From the IMG/VR virus record IMGVR_UViG_3300017743_000009, positions 1-59,973 of that record: DNA of 59,973 nt; one strand, 5' to 3'. The notes beneath the pieces are model-generated. The model made no database searches and had not been told where the DNA came from. It was given only the letters and a program-made list of their open reading frames with translations. Shown piece by piece: positions 26,190 through 36,900 of the stretch. The DNA comes from a virus. Its lineage: Duplodnaviria > Caudoviricetes. A program made the position numbers and the translations under genes. Numbering within the stretch: position 1 is the first letter of the stretch; each line of letters opens with the position of its first letter.

Positions 26190-28653
26190 CAACTCTTAAC
26201 CATAAGGTCTTAGTAGTAGTTGTAAAACTTCCTGTTACTGTGGCACCAGCATATTGTCTTTCTCTTGACCCTGCGTAATTACTAGTATACTGACCATCAG
26301 TATAGTTGGGCCCTACAATCTCACTAGTATATTGCCCTGTGAACTGTCCACGAGTAAACTGACCTGTATATTGTGGACCGGTTACAATTCTTGTGAATTG
26401 TATAGCGTATTGAGTGCCTCTTGAAAATGCTACTGAGTAATCAGCAGAAAAATTAGCAGTAAATTGTCCCGTGTATTGGGGTCCTGGTGTTGATCTAGTA
26501 TATTGACCATCACTGTAATTTGGACCAGGTGTAGTTCTAGCATATTGCGGACCATTATATTGAGGTCCAGGAGTAGATCTTGAATACTGTGCTCTTATAA
26601 AGTTACCTTGATATTGTGGTCCATCAAACTGTCTTACATAAGTACCATAGCTTCTTGATCCATCATATGTAGATGTATATTGCGGACCATTATATTGAGG
26701 TCCAGGTGTTGATCTATCATAATTAGTTGTATACGAAGCACGAGTATATTGCGGTCCTGGAGTTGCTCTTGCATAAGATGGCCCAGGTGTGGTTCTTGCA
26801 TATTGACCGTCTGAGTAATTAGGTCCAGGTGTTGTTCTATCATAATTAGCAGTATATTGACCATAAAATGTAACTGAATAACCAGGTCCAAATGAATAAC
26901 CTGTGTATGCTGCTCTAATATACTGACGAGAATAAACAACTTGATATGGTGGACTGCCTACATCATTTGATCTAAAATATTGTTGAAGCCTTGAAAAACC
27001 TTTGTATATACCTGATACAGGAGGTAACCCTCCAAGATCACCTGAATATACATTAGAGCTACGGGTGTAAACAAACCCTCTATAATATTGTGTACCATCT
27101 CTATCGGCTGGTGGAAATTGTGTAGGAGGTCCAAAATAGGGCTCTTCTCGCGCATAAGGTTGACCATACCCATTAGTCTCTCCATGGTCAGCATTGTAAC
27201 CAAAAGCTAAACCTGATCTAGCAAATTGAGCTTCATAACCACGATTAAAACTTCCTGTAAATGATCTATCATAAGTTACAGTTATACCTACCCTTGTAAA
27301 TTGCCTACCATACTGAGCAGAATAAATTCTGGTAAACTGTCTTGCATAATCAGCTGAGTAAATTCTTGCATAGTTAGCTGAGTAAATTCTAGTATATTGA
27401 GATCTTATAAATGATCTTCCATATGTTCCAGCATATACTCTTTGGAATTGTCTGGTAAATTGATTGCCTCTGCTATATGTTCCAGCATATGTTTTCGTAT
27501 AAGCTGAGCCATCAAACTGTCTAGTAAATTGGCTATTGTATGGTCTACCGTATTGTGCTGAAAATGTTCTTGCAAACTGCCTTTGATATTGCGCAGTAAA
27601 AACTCTATTAAACTGTCTTGCGTATTGTGCTGAATATATTCTAGTATATTGACCACGAGAAAATTGTGATCCTATAACAGCCCTTGAAAATGATCTTAAA
27701 AATTCTCTAGTAAAATTTCTTGCATACTGTCCAGTATATATTCTAGTAAATTGATTAGCAAATTGTCTGTTAAATTGACCTCTAGTGTATTGAGCTGAAA
27801 ACTGTCTACCAAATTGTCTTGAAAATTGTCTAGAGTAGTTAGCTGAATAAGTACCTGTATATTGTATACTTGAAATTACAGGATTTCTATCAGTAGCAGT
27901 TCCTCTAGCTACCCATGTACCTGTTCCTGGAGCAGATGTTTGAAATTTATAGGTACCAATACCAGTTGCAATAATTCTATTTCTTAGTCTTGAGGTTAAA
28001 TTTTCTAATTCATTATCAGTTTGAACTTTAAGAGTACCATTTACTTGCTTAAGTAACTTTATATCTGATGGTGAGTTATCATAAGAAGTCTTTCTCCATA
28101 GCTTGTAAGTGGTCTTAGAGCTATCATCATTAGCATTATTAGTTATCTCATCATAGAAATTATCTTGTGCTACCCATGTACCAGCAATAGAAGGAGCTGA
28201 TTCACTTATGTAATAAGTCCCTGTACCTGCTGCAGTAGAATTTGCTTTTGCTATATCTGCTAAAGCAAGATCCATTACTACATTTAATTCAGCATCTGAT
28301 ACTACTCTAATATGCCCAGGGTTACCCGTACCGTCATGAGTAATTAAAGGGTGTATTGAACTCTCTGAAGCCGTTGAATTGTTTTGTTTAAATGTATAAG
28401 TGGTTGTTGAAGTAGATCCAGTATAAGGATGTGTTCCAGTTTCGGAAGTAGCAAAATTATCCTCAAATACTCCTACAGAAGTACCTAGTGAATCTATATT
28501 TAGATCACCAGTATTGTCTCCAGCTCCAGACTCAGAAGCGTATAAAGTTAATAATTTTTTTGATAGAAAATCAAGCTCTGCATTAGTAGTTACTTGAACG
28601 CCATTATTGTAAATACCGTTAGCGTGGGTTCGCATTTTGAGAGGATTTGGCAT
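26185..28653 (-). CDS. Shorter paralogue of the aromatic/Arg repeat hairpin fibre, 822 aa
   Basis: M.NPLK start; shared RLRNRI.ATG.GTYK.Q.SAPGTGTW; same central EPYFGPPT.FPP.D.DG..YYRG domain; ends TLWLRVA. Confidence 0.85.
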   Translation of the reverse strand: MPNPLKMRTHANGIYNNGVQVTTNAELDFLSKKLLTLYASESGAGDNTGDLNIDSLGTSVGVFEDNFATSETGTHPYTGSTSTTTYTFKQNNSTASESSIHPLITHDGTGNPGHIRVVSDAELNVVMDLALADIAKANSTAAGTGTYYISESAPSIAGTWVAQDNFYDEITNNANDDSSKTTYKLWRKTSYDNSPSDIKLLKQVNGTLKVQTDNELENLTSRLRNRIIATGIGTYKFQTSAPGTGTWVARGTATDRNPVISSIQYTGTYSANYSRQFSRQFGRQFSAQYTRGQFNRQFANQFTRIYTGQYARNFTREFLRSFSRAVIGSQFSRGQYTRIYSAQYARQFNRVFTAQYQRQFARTFSAQYGRPYNSQFTRQFDGSAYTKTYAGTYSRGNQFTRQFQRVYAGTYGRSFIRSQYTRIYSANYARIYSADYARQFTRIYSAQYGRQFTRVGITVTYDRSFTGSFNRGYEAQFARSGLAFGYNADHGETNGYGQPYAREEPYFGPPTQFPPADRDGTQYYRGFVYTRSSNVYSGDLGGLPPVSGIYKGFSRLQQYFRSNDVGSPPYQVVYSRQYIRAAYTGYSFGPGYSVTFYGQYTANYDRTTPGPNYSDGQYARTTPGPSYARATPGPQYTRASYTTNYDRSTPGPQYNGPQYTSTYDGSRSYGTYVRQFDGPQYQGNFIRAQYSRSTPGPQYNGPQYARTTPGPNYSDGQYTRSTPGPQYTGQFTANFSADYSVAFSRGTQYAIQFTRIVTGPQYTGQFTRGQFTGQYTSEIVGPNYTDGQYTSNYAGSRERQYAGATVTGSFTTTTKTLWLRVA

Positions 28654-28669
28654 AATCTAACCCTCCCCT

Positions 28670-31633
28670 CTACGCCGGCCAAGCAACCGATCCGTTAGCG
28701 TAATAAACCCTAAATGCATTGCCTCCTTCATCTTTAAGATCGCTATGAACACTTAAATCGCCTACTACGTTAGCTGATGAACTCATTGTTGCAGCTCCAG
28801 TAACACCTAAAGTACTTGATAGAGTTGCTGCGCCTCCTACTGCTAATGTTCCGTCTGCATCGATGCCAGAAGAAGTAATTGCTGTATTTACCGAACTAGT
28901 TCCTACAGTAATTTTTGTTGTTGATAAGTTGACGTTAGCGCCAATGTTTAATGTACTTGATATGTTTGCAATACCTGTAACAGAAGCACCACTTGTTGCA
29001 GTTAATAGTCCTGAGAAGTTACCTGTATTAGCTGTAATTACAAATCGTTTAGACGTTGTACCAAGTGTTTGGCCTACAGTATTAGATTTAGGAATAATTT
29101 GTGAACCAACTGCTATTGAAACTATATTAGCTGTATTAGCAAATAATTCGTATCGTTTTAAATTTGTTCCTAAAGGTACTCCATTAGCGCCTGGTATTAA
29201 TCCAACGGTTGTATTACCAACCGGTGCATATACAAATAAATTTTCAGTGCCTGAACCATTACCAATAGTAGTAGTACCATCTAAGGTTGACTCAGCTGAT
29301 ACTGATAAAGTTGTCATTGATGCTACATTCAATGATAAAGCTTGATTAGAAGATAAAGATGTTGAACCTTGAACTTCTAAATCACCAACAATAGTTACAT
29401 CATCATTAAATGTAGTATTTGGTGTAGCTGTTATTCCAGTATCTGTAATATATAATTCGCCTGATACTAAATTAGCTGTAGCACCAGTATGAACTATTGC
29501 TGACTTTAAAGTACCAAAAGTCATTGAACCTGTAATATCTGCATTACCACCTACGGTAATTTTACCACCTGATTCCATTGTGGTTGTAGCATTTACAAAA
29601 CCTGTTACTGTTGTGTTTCCTGCTGCTAAAGTTTTACTGAATATAGAATTGTCTGCTACTGTTATTGAATCTTGGAACGTAGCATTACTTTGAACTTCTA
29701 ATCTATTATTAAGATCTAGAATACCAGTTACATTTAATCCACCGCTTACATTTAATGTACTTGATACGTTAGCTATACCAGTAACTGTTAAACCTTTCTT
29801 AAGAGTTGATAATCCATTTGCAGTAAATGTATTACTTGTAGCTAAAGCACCTGTAAATGTTCCAGTATTAGATCCTGCTACTGCTCCAGTTACTCCTAAC
29901 TGACCAGAAAGAGATCCTCCTACTGCTTGTATATTTCCATCGGCATTTATATTACCGCTATCATCTATAACTACATTAGTAGATGCGTCACCAACAGTTA
30001 TTTGCCCGGCGTTTAATTCTACATTACCTACAACTACATTTGAGGATACTATAGTATGTCCTGCTATATCTGTATTACTTCCACTTAAAGTAGAGACTCC
30101 ACCAACAGTTAAAGTACCACCTGTTGATATAGTTGTTGATGTTAATTTTGAATTTGATGCATTGTTACCTACTGCTATGCTATTATTAGATAACTTAACT
30201 TTAGTATTTGCTGAACCAACATGAATAGCAACTGAAGCATTTGCTGTACCTGTTACTATTAAATTACTTTTAGCTCTTAATAATCCACCTACATTTGCTG
30301 CTGTAGTAAATACTGCATTTCCTGCGACAGTTAAAGTGTTACTAAATGATACAGAATTAGTAACTGCTAAGGTATTACTTAGAGTAGTTGCCCCAGTAAC
30401 ACCTACTGTATTACTGAAAGTGGCTGTATTTGTTACCGCTAAAGTATTACTTAAAGTAGCTGCACCTGTAACTGTGATAGTATTACTAAATGTAGCTGTA
30501 TTAGTTACAGCAATAGTATTACTAAATGTTCCTGCTCCTACTACATCAAGTGTATTACTAAAATCGCCTGTACCTGTAACTAGTAATGTTTTGCTTACGT
30601 TTATATCTTCTGCATTAACATCCCATCTTGCATTTGTAGCACCAAGAACTTTAGAGTTGGATGTAGGTATTATATTAGTATCAACTTTACCATTAATAGA
30701 AATAGTATCTGCAGATGCATTACCTAAGTCTACATCAGAAGCAAACGTTGCATTCCCTGTTACTGATAGTGTGTTTGATACACTTACTGTATTACTATTA
30801 AGGTTCCATCTAGCGTCTGTTAGACCAAGGGACAATGCATTAGATACAGGATTTAAACCAGTATCTGCTTCAGAGTTAAACGAAACAGTATCAGAGTTTG
30901 CACTACCTAATATTACATTAGCATTAAATAAAGATTCATCTGAATTAACTGTTAATAAGTTTCCAGATAAAGTAAGATTTGCTTCTGTGCCGTCTCCATT
31001 TAAATCTAAGACAGTTGTAGATCCATCAGCTTTAACTGTTATGTCATTAGCGGTTAAAGTAATATCGTTATAATCAGCTGTTAGAGCAGTACCGTCCATA
31101 TCAACGGTTGCTGAATTAATATCAAAAGTTGTTCCAGTTACATGAGTAGCAGTAGAGTTAAGAGAAGTATTAGAAGACGTACTGTTAATATGTACATCAC
31201 CTTTAATTTGAAGTAAGCTGTTATTTACAAATACGTTTGTTGTTTGTATATCAGTATAAGCACCTTTTATTCTTACCGTATTAGTAGTAGACTGAGAAGC
31301 AACATTAATTGTATCGCCTAGTATATTAGTATTAGATGTTATAGAAAGAGTATTAGATGCTTGAACATTACCACCTCTAAGACCATCTAAAGCAGCTACA
31401 GTATTAGCTTGAATAATACCACCAGTTGAACTAACCCAGGCAGATGTATCTTGATTATAAACGTTAGAAGTAATAACAACGTTACCAGAAGTAGAACCAC
31501 CAACTGTATTCTGTTGGGCAGTAACCACAACTTCTGACATATCAAATACTATTTGGTTGGTTCTATCTACCCATGCTCCAAAAGTATCTGTCTGAGTTGC
31601 TACATTAGCGGATTTGTATTTACGTTCAGCCAT
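28670..31633 (-). CDS. Long tail-fibre/whisker-like protein (987 aa)
   Basis: N-terminal TDTFGAWVDRTNQ anchor motif; beta-helix-like T/S/N-rich repeats; P....LG....RW fibre motifs; C-terminal VYYANGSVAWP. Confidence 0.7.
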   Translation of the reverse strand: MAERKYKSANVATQTDTFGAWVDRTNQIVFDMSEVVVTAQQNTVGGSTSGNVVITSNVYNQDTSAWVSSTGGIIQANTVAALDGLRGGNVQASNTLSITSNTNILGDTINVASQSTTNTVRIKGAYTDIQTTNVFVNNSLLQIKGDVHINSTSSNTSLNSTATHVTGTTFDINSATVDMDGTALTADYNDITLTANDITVKADGSTTVLDLNGDGTEANLTLSGNLLTVNSDESLFNANVILGSANSDTVSFNSEADTGLNPVSNALSLGLTDARWNLNSNTVSVSNTLSVTGNATFASDVDLGNASADTISINGKVDTNIIPTSNSKVLGATNARWDVNAEDINVSKTLLVTGTGDFSNTLDVVGAGTFSNTIAVTNTATFSNTITVTGAATLSNTLAVTNTATFSNTVGVTGATTLSNTLAVTNSVSFSNTLTVAGNAVFTTAANVGGLLRAKSNLIVTGTANASVAIHVGSANTKVKLSNNSIAVGNNASNSKLTSTTISTGGTLTVGGVSTLSGSNTDIAGHTIVSSNVVVGNVELNAGQITVGDASTNVVIDDSGNINADGNIQAVGGSLSGQLGVTGAVAGSNTGTFTGALATSNTFTANGLSTLKKGLTVTGIANVSSTLNVSGGLNVTGILDLNNRLEVQSNATFQDSITVADNSIFSKTLAAGNTTVTGFVNATTTMESGGKITVGGNADITGSMTFGTLKSAIVHTGATANLVSGELYITDTGITATPNTTFNDDVTIVGDLEVQGSTSLSSNQALSLNVASMTTLSVSAESTLDGTTTIGNGSGTENLFVYAPVGNTTVGLIPGANGVPLGTNLKRYELFANTANIVSIAVGSQIIPKSNTVGQTLGTTSKRFVITANTGNFSGLLTATSGASVTGIANISSTLNIGANVNLSTTKITVGTSSVNTAITSSGIDADGTLAVGGAATLSSTLGVTGAATMSSSANVVGDLSVHSDLKDEGGNAFRVYYANGSVAWPA
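30308..30560 (-). repeat. Seven tandem 12-aa repeats SNT(L/I/V)xVxxxx(T/S/V)(F/L)
   Basis: SNTLDVVGAGTF SNTIAVTNTATF SNTITVTGAATL SNTLAVTNTATF SNTVGVTGATTL SNTLAVTNSVSF SNTLTVAGNAVF. Confidence 0.85.
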
Positions 31634-31877
31634 CTATTTTTCCTAATAACTGTACTAGCATTGATTTAATTTCATGACAGTCTTTGCTTTGAGATTTAAT
31701 CTCAGTTTTCATTTGCAAGACATCAATTTCCAATTTATCAATTCTAGAAAGCTTTTCATTTAATTTTTTCTTTTTAGCCTTATAAGCCTGTAATGCTTCT
31801 ACATTAGTATTTAGCACCGCTCCACTATAATTATCTTTAACTAAGAAAGGAACATCTGTTTTATTTATTCTTTCCAT
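31626..31877 (-). CDS. Small conserved coiled-coil protein following the VrlC-like gene
   Basis: LVKDNYSGAVLNTN motif and C-terminal EIKSMLVQLL, seen at this position in marine T4-like phages. Confidence 0.7.
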   Translation of the reverse strand: MERINKTDVPFLVKDNYSGAVLNTNVEALQAYKAKKKKLNEKLSRIDKLEIDVLQMKTEIKSQSKDCHEIKSMLVQLLGKIDG

Positions 31878-33925
31878 TATAAGCTTAACGCAATAGCTCT
31901 CATATCTGCTATTCTAGGTACTTTATTTGTAGTTTCTGATAGTAGTATTAATTTTATTTGGAAGAAAGCAAATGTTTCATGCTCTGCTCCTGCGCTATCA
32001 AAATATCTTAACTTAACTGTTCCATCACCTTGAGGATAAGCTACAGCAGATTGTTTTTCATCTGCATTAACTTTATAATGAAGCCCGGCTGAGAATGTTT
32101 TATCCGCTACTGTATCTAAAACAACAGCTGTTGTATTAGCAGATGCTATTCTACCTAATACATAATTATTTTTTATACCATCAGTAACAATTATTAGATC
32201 ACCAGCATTATAATATGTACTTGCAGAAGCAATAGCTACTGTTGTACTACCACTTGTGGTGTTTGCAGTACCAGTTTGTTTGTTGGTACCGTCTATTGTA
32301 GGAATAGATGGAATAGTAAATTTAAATTCTCTAAAGTCATTAGCTGAATCATTAGAACTAAATAAGTTAACTTGCTCTGGAGAAATAGCCATTTCAGTCC
32401 ATTGCTTATCAATTAATTTATCAGAATCATCTAAAGCCGTAACCATACAGTATGCTTTAATATCTGTATTAGCCGGTCTATATCCTGTAACATATACAGC
32501 AAGATCATCAGCATCTAACCCAGATGCTAACTGAACAGTTTTAGAAAGATATCTAGAAGTAGAAGCCCCTAGGCCGAATAATTTTTCATTTGTATAATCG
32601 TTATTAATTAAATTTTGATATGATTGTACTAAACTTACTTCTGGATCTGATATAGGTGAAACATTTTCATTAGTAGTTTTTAGCGTTTGTGTAATAACTA
32701 GTGACTTCTTACCACCACCAACTATCTCATTTGATTTACTAAATACTGCGCCTTCATAACTAAAAACTTTATTTGATACACCACTTATAAGCTGACTAGA
32801 AGATTGATTATCTAAGTTCGCTGATTCAGAAATTTTAAAATTTGCAGTTATGGTTGATCCTGTTGGCTCAGTTTTATATACAAATGGTTGAAAGTTATTT
32901 ACTACTCGATTATCTACAGAAGTAATTGCAGCATTAGCTGCTGAAATTGTACCTTTAATAACATCATTATTAGCAAAATAAGACCCGCTTATAGCTGTTG
33001 AATCTTTTAAAGTAATTTGTGTTATAGTAGCGTTTGAAAAAACTTTTTGTACTCTACCTGTCGGTACTTTAGCTGCTTTACCAATAGTTATTCCTACTCT
33101 TGGAGCTCCTAAAACTGTTAAAGATGTATCACTTTCTACAGATTTGACTTCTAGTACATCAGCAATATCAAAATTTGAAGTCTGTCGTACTGCTATTGAA
33201 TCTCCAGCAGCATAATCAGATGTAAAGGTTGTACCTGTTCCTACTACGGTTGAACTAGTTTTAGTTAGAGCTACATTTCCTGCTGCAAAAGATGAAGGTA
33301 CTTTATATACCTCTTCATCATTCCTAAAAGTTCCTGATAAATTATTAATAGTAAAAAATTCTAAATCTCTATTTGTTAAAGTAACAGTACCTGTCTTTTT
33401 AGCATTAAATACACTTTTGTACATTCTAAACTTAAGATCAGCATCTAAACGAGGCTCCCAAGTATCAGAAGCAGAAACAAATAATACACCATCACCCCAT
33501 GTTGAGTTAATTGGTGATCCAGATACTACGTCATTTTCACCTTTCTGAGCAAACCAAATTCTATAATCTGGAGAACCTGCGTCAGGTCTAATACATACTG
33601 CATACTGCATACCTGATTTTAAAAAAACAGGTCCAGGAAAAACTACTCTTGTAGGAGTAGCACCAGTTGAAGATACAGCTACTTCTTTTGATAGAAGATG
33701 CTTTTTACTAAATTGTAAAACCTTTTTAGAAGGGTATCCATTTTTTACTTCTCTTATATCAACATTAATACCATACTTAGCATCTTTCTTTTGAAAAAAC
33801 AAATCTACAGATGACATATATAAGCCGTCTGAATCGGGACAGTGTTCGGGTAAAATCCTAAAAGTTTGCGCAATAGGATCGTCGTTTAGACTACTCTTAT
33901 TATACCATTTATTAGTTGCGCCCAT
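31877..33925 (-). CDS. C-terminal part of a DUF4815/VrlC-like virion protein
   Basis: DPIAQTF, SSVDLFFQKKD, GYPS, DLKFRMY and terminal FQIKLIL...VPRIADMRAIAL; has its own RBS AGGAG. Confidence 0.8.
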   Translation of the reverse strand: MGATNKWYNKSSLNDDPIAQTFRILPEHCPDSDGLYMSSVDLFFQKKDAKYGINVDIREVKNGYPSKKVLQFSKKHLLSKEVAVSSTGATPTRVVFPGPVFLKSGMQYAVCIRPDAGSPDYRIWFAQKGENDVVSGSPINSTWGDGVLFVSASDTWEPRLDADLKFRMYKSVFNAKKTGTVTLTNRDLEFFTINNLSGTFRNDEEVYKVPSSFAAGNVALTKTSSTVVGTGTTFTSDYAAGDSIAVRQTSNFDIADVLEVKSVESDTSLTVLGAPRVGITIGKAAKVPTGRVQKVFSNATITQITLKDSTAISGSYFANNDVIKGTISAANAAITSVDNRVVNNFQPFVYKTEPTGSTITANFKISESANLDNQSSSQLISGVSNKVFSYEGAVFSKSNEIVGGGKKSLVITQTLKTTNENVSPISDPEVSLVQSYQNLINNDYTNEKLFGLGASTSRYLSKTVQLASGLDADDLAVYVTGYRPANTDIKAYCMVTALDDSDKLIDKQWTEMAISPEQVNLFSSNDSANDFREFKFTIPSIPTIDGTNKQTGTANTTSGSTTVAIASASTYYNAGDLIIVTDGIKNNYVLGRIASANTTAVVLDTVADKTFSAGLHYKVNADEKQSAVAYPQGDGTVKLRYFDSAGAEHETFAFFQIKLILLSETTNKVPRIADMRAIALSL

Positions 33926-33933
33926 TTATTCTC

Positions 33934-36900
33934 CTATTTCAAGTGCTCTCTACTAGCACTTGTATGACGTGTCTTACCACCGCCGCCACCGGTTATAGCA
34001 TCTGCTGCCTTAGATCCGGTACCAGTAGTTGATTCACCACCTTCTGTTAAAATTATAATATCGTTATTTGTGTATGGATAGTAAGCTGTATTACTTGTAT
34101 CCTGACCACCAGTATCTGGTAATAGAAGGTTTTCATGATAGTATTCATCCCACCACCAGTTATAAGCATAGCTGTTAGTAATTGTGATATCAATATCTAC
34201 ATCAATAGTTTGTTCTTCAAAAGTAGACTCAGATGAACTAATATCAAAAGTAGGTTGCCTTGTAGTTACAGTTATACTCTCTTTTTCCACGCTATAGTTA
34301 TATGCATTATAAGTATCAGAAGCTGTTGAGGTAGCTGAACTTAAATTAGTTAATGAATTAACATCTGCTATAACTAATTGCCTATCCCCTACTAAGAATG
34401 TTTCTTTAGGTAAATCAAAGAGTGCTTTTAATACTCCATACTCATCAGTCGTGACTGCATCTCCGTAATCACCAAATCGATATACGTATTTAGGTTTATC
34501 TAATAACGTATATGTAGGTAGAGAAATAGCAGCAATACTTCCAGGTGCTACGTTAGCATTAATATCAGTATTATCAAAATAGAAATAATGCTGTGTATCT
34601 GGTCTTAAACCAGTAGCTATTACTCTTATTCTTTTAGGTCTCATAAATGGTGAGAATGAAACATCAGTAACAAAATCGCCAACTGGTGAGGTTGAATTTT
34701 CATACCCCATAGAAAGTTGCTGAGTAGTTTTTAAATATGTGTCTGTAGTTGCCGTTGTTGTGGTTGTTACAGCTGTCTCTGTAGTTATACTGTAAGGATT
34801 ATAATACTTACCACCCCACCAGTCTCCATGATAGCCTCCATAGTAACCACCATAACTTCCATAGTAATTATTCCAGGCATTGTAACCACCGTAACCCCAG
34901 TAACCATAATGCTTGAAGGTAGTATCTGTAGTTACTTCAGTCTCTGATTGAACATCTGTTGAAGTACCAATCTTTTCTATATTAGTTCTGGTTAATGGGT
35001 AAAACTCATTAAGGTTATCTAAAAGGTCATTCATACCTGCTGAACTATCAACAAATATATCTTTAGTTCCTACGACAGTTTCATCATAACCAGAATCATA
35101 AGTTGGGTTCATTTTAATTTTACCCTTAAACTTAAAGAAACTTTCTGTACATGGTCTGTGATTTGTAGCTACTCTTTGCTCCATTATAATTGATTCTGTA
35201 GCGCTCATAACATATGCACCGTCTAACTCAATTACATTATTAGTGTTAGCTACAATTAAATCAATATCTTCTTTTCTAAATCTAGGAACAAATTCAGTAG
35301 CAGTAGGATCTATACCTATACTAAACTCTCTGTTGTCTACATCAGAAGTATTAAAGTCAGTAGCTGGATCTACTAAAATACCATTTTTAAATCTGTCATT
35401 ACCATTTGAATCAGTAATAGCCATATTTTGAGTTTTTTGCTCAAGCATTGAAAGCGTAGTATAATATTCTAAATTTTTAAGACGTTTTTCAAATTTACCA
35501 ATCTCTTTCATTGTATAACGTCTAATATTTTCTGGAGTAATAGATATTGATTCGTTTCGTCTTGAAGTACCTCTTGCTTCTTTAGATGTTAGAGAAGGAA
35601 AAGGAGGAACAACTATTGTACCAAGATTTAATGCACCTGGCATATCTTGAGGAGGAACAGGTCTTGAAGAAGGTGTACCTCTTTTAGTTGTTAAATACCC
35701 TTGCTCATTAAGAGCTATTTTATCTATTCTACCTAAGTAGTAGTTAAAATCAGTCTCAAATATTTGATTAGGAGCTGCAGTGAAGTGCTCTATGCTTCCA
35801 AAAGATTCTGTTTCAGCCGGGTTTGTAGATGCACCGCTTGCTGTAGAAGCAACATTTGCTGTATTAGCAACTTGTGGTCTAACATCAATTAAATTTCTTA
35901 GATCCCCTCTTAATCCATTAGGGCTCTCGTATACTGGAATCTCTGTAATAGGTAAATCATCAGTTCCATTAGTATCTTTAAAACTTGAAATAGAATAAAA
36001 TCCTTTACCATCTGCTGGTGAGTCAGCCTGCATAACTGTTGCTTTAACTAATATTCTATTTGAGGTGGTAAGATTAGTTCCTGATTTAACACTTAACTTA
36101 GATAGCCCGTAATGAGTTTCAAATACGTTCTTTTCTAACTCATACCCTGATTTATTATCTGGATTGCTTTCACTAAAATTAGTACCTACATAAACATTAT
36201 CAATAGATACAACATCTGGTAAACCTAAACTATATGGACCATTATTTGTAGTACCATGGGTGTTACAATTTATTTTTATGAATACTTGTTTCTTAGTCTT
36301 TTTAATAGGTGCAACATTTGTTTTCTTTTCATTATGTACTACAACAAAGGATGTACTTGTTATAGGGCTTCCTACTGCACCTGATAAGTTAATTGTAGCT
36401 GAGCTACCAGAAACTGTTATAGCAACATCATCAAGATTAATAGGTACATTATTAGCAAGTCCACCATGTGAGCCACCACCCAGAGTTGGATAAATTACCC
36501 AGTCTTTCTTTTGACTATTAGATAAAGTTCCTGAATAAGGAAATACACCTGTTACTGCACTTACAGTAAATGTATTAGAAGTAGCAGTAGTTTGTTGCTG
36601 AGTTCTAAAAATAAAATTAGAACCTGAAGTTGATTTAACTGAGGGACTAGGTATTGCAAAAACACCAGGTAGTAAATTTTTCTCTTTAATGACTGCTCTA
36701 GAATTTTCTAATACAACATCACCAGTACCTTTGTTATTTAAATGTACTGATCTAGTATTCCTAAATGCTTTACCAGCACTCATTTTAATATTAAATATGT
36801 ATAGTTTATATTGAGCTTTAGCTGTACCCTGTACTCCATCGTTATACTCAAATGCTCTTACACTTGCTGTACCTATTTGATTACCAGGAGCAACACCTAA

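Noticed and set aside
22141-27656. Alternate-frame and antisense ORFs inside the repeat genes (e.g. 22323..23090, 24831..25304, 26634..26939) as overlapping genes or frameshift products
   Set aside because: Their MVN/QDNL/LEY periodicity is simply the shifted reading of the Tyr/Arg repeats; I saw no convincing RBS or independent motif.
6868-31633. Diversity-generating retroelement acting on fibre genes
   Set aside because: No reverse transcriptase in the window and no template/variable repeat pair differing only at adenines was seen.
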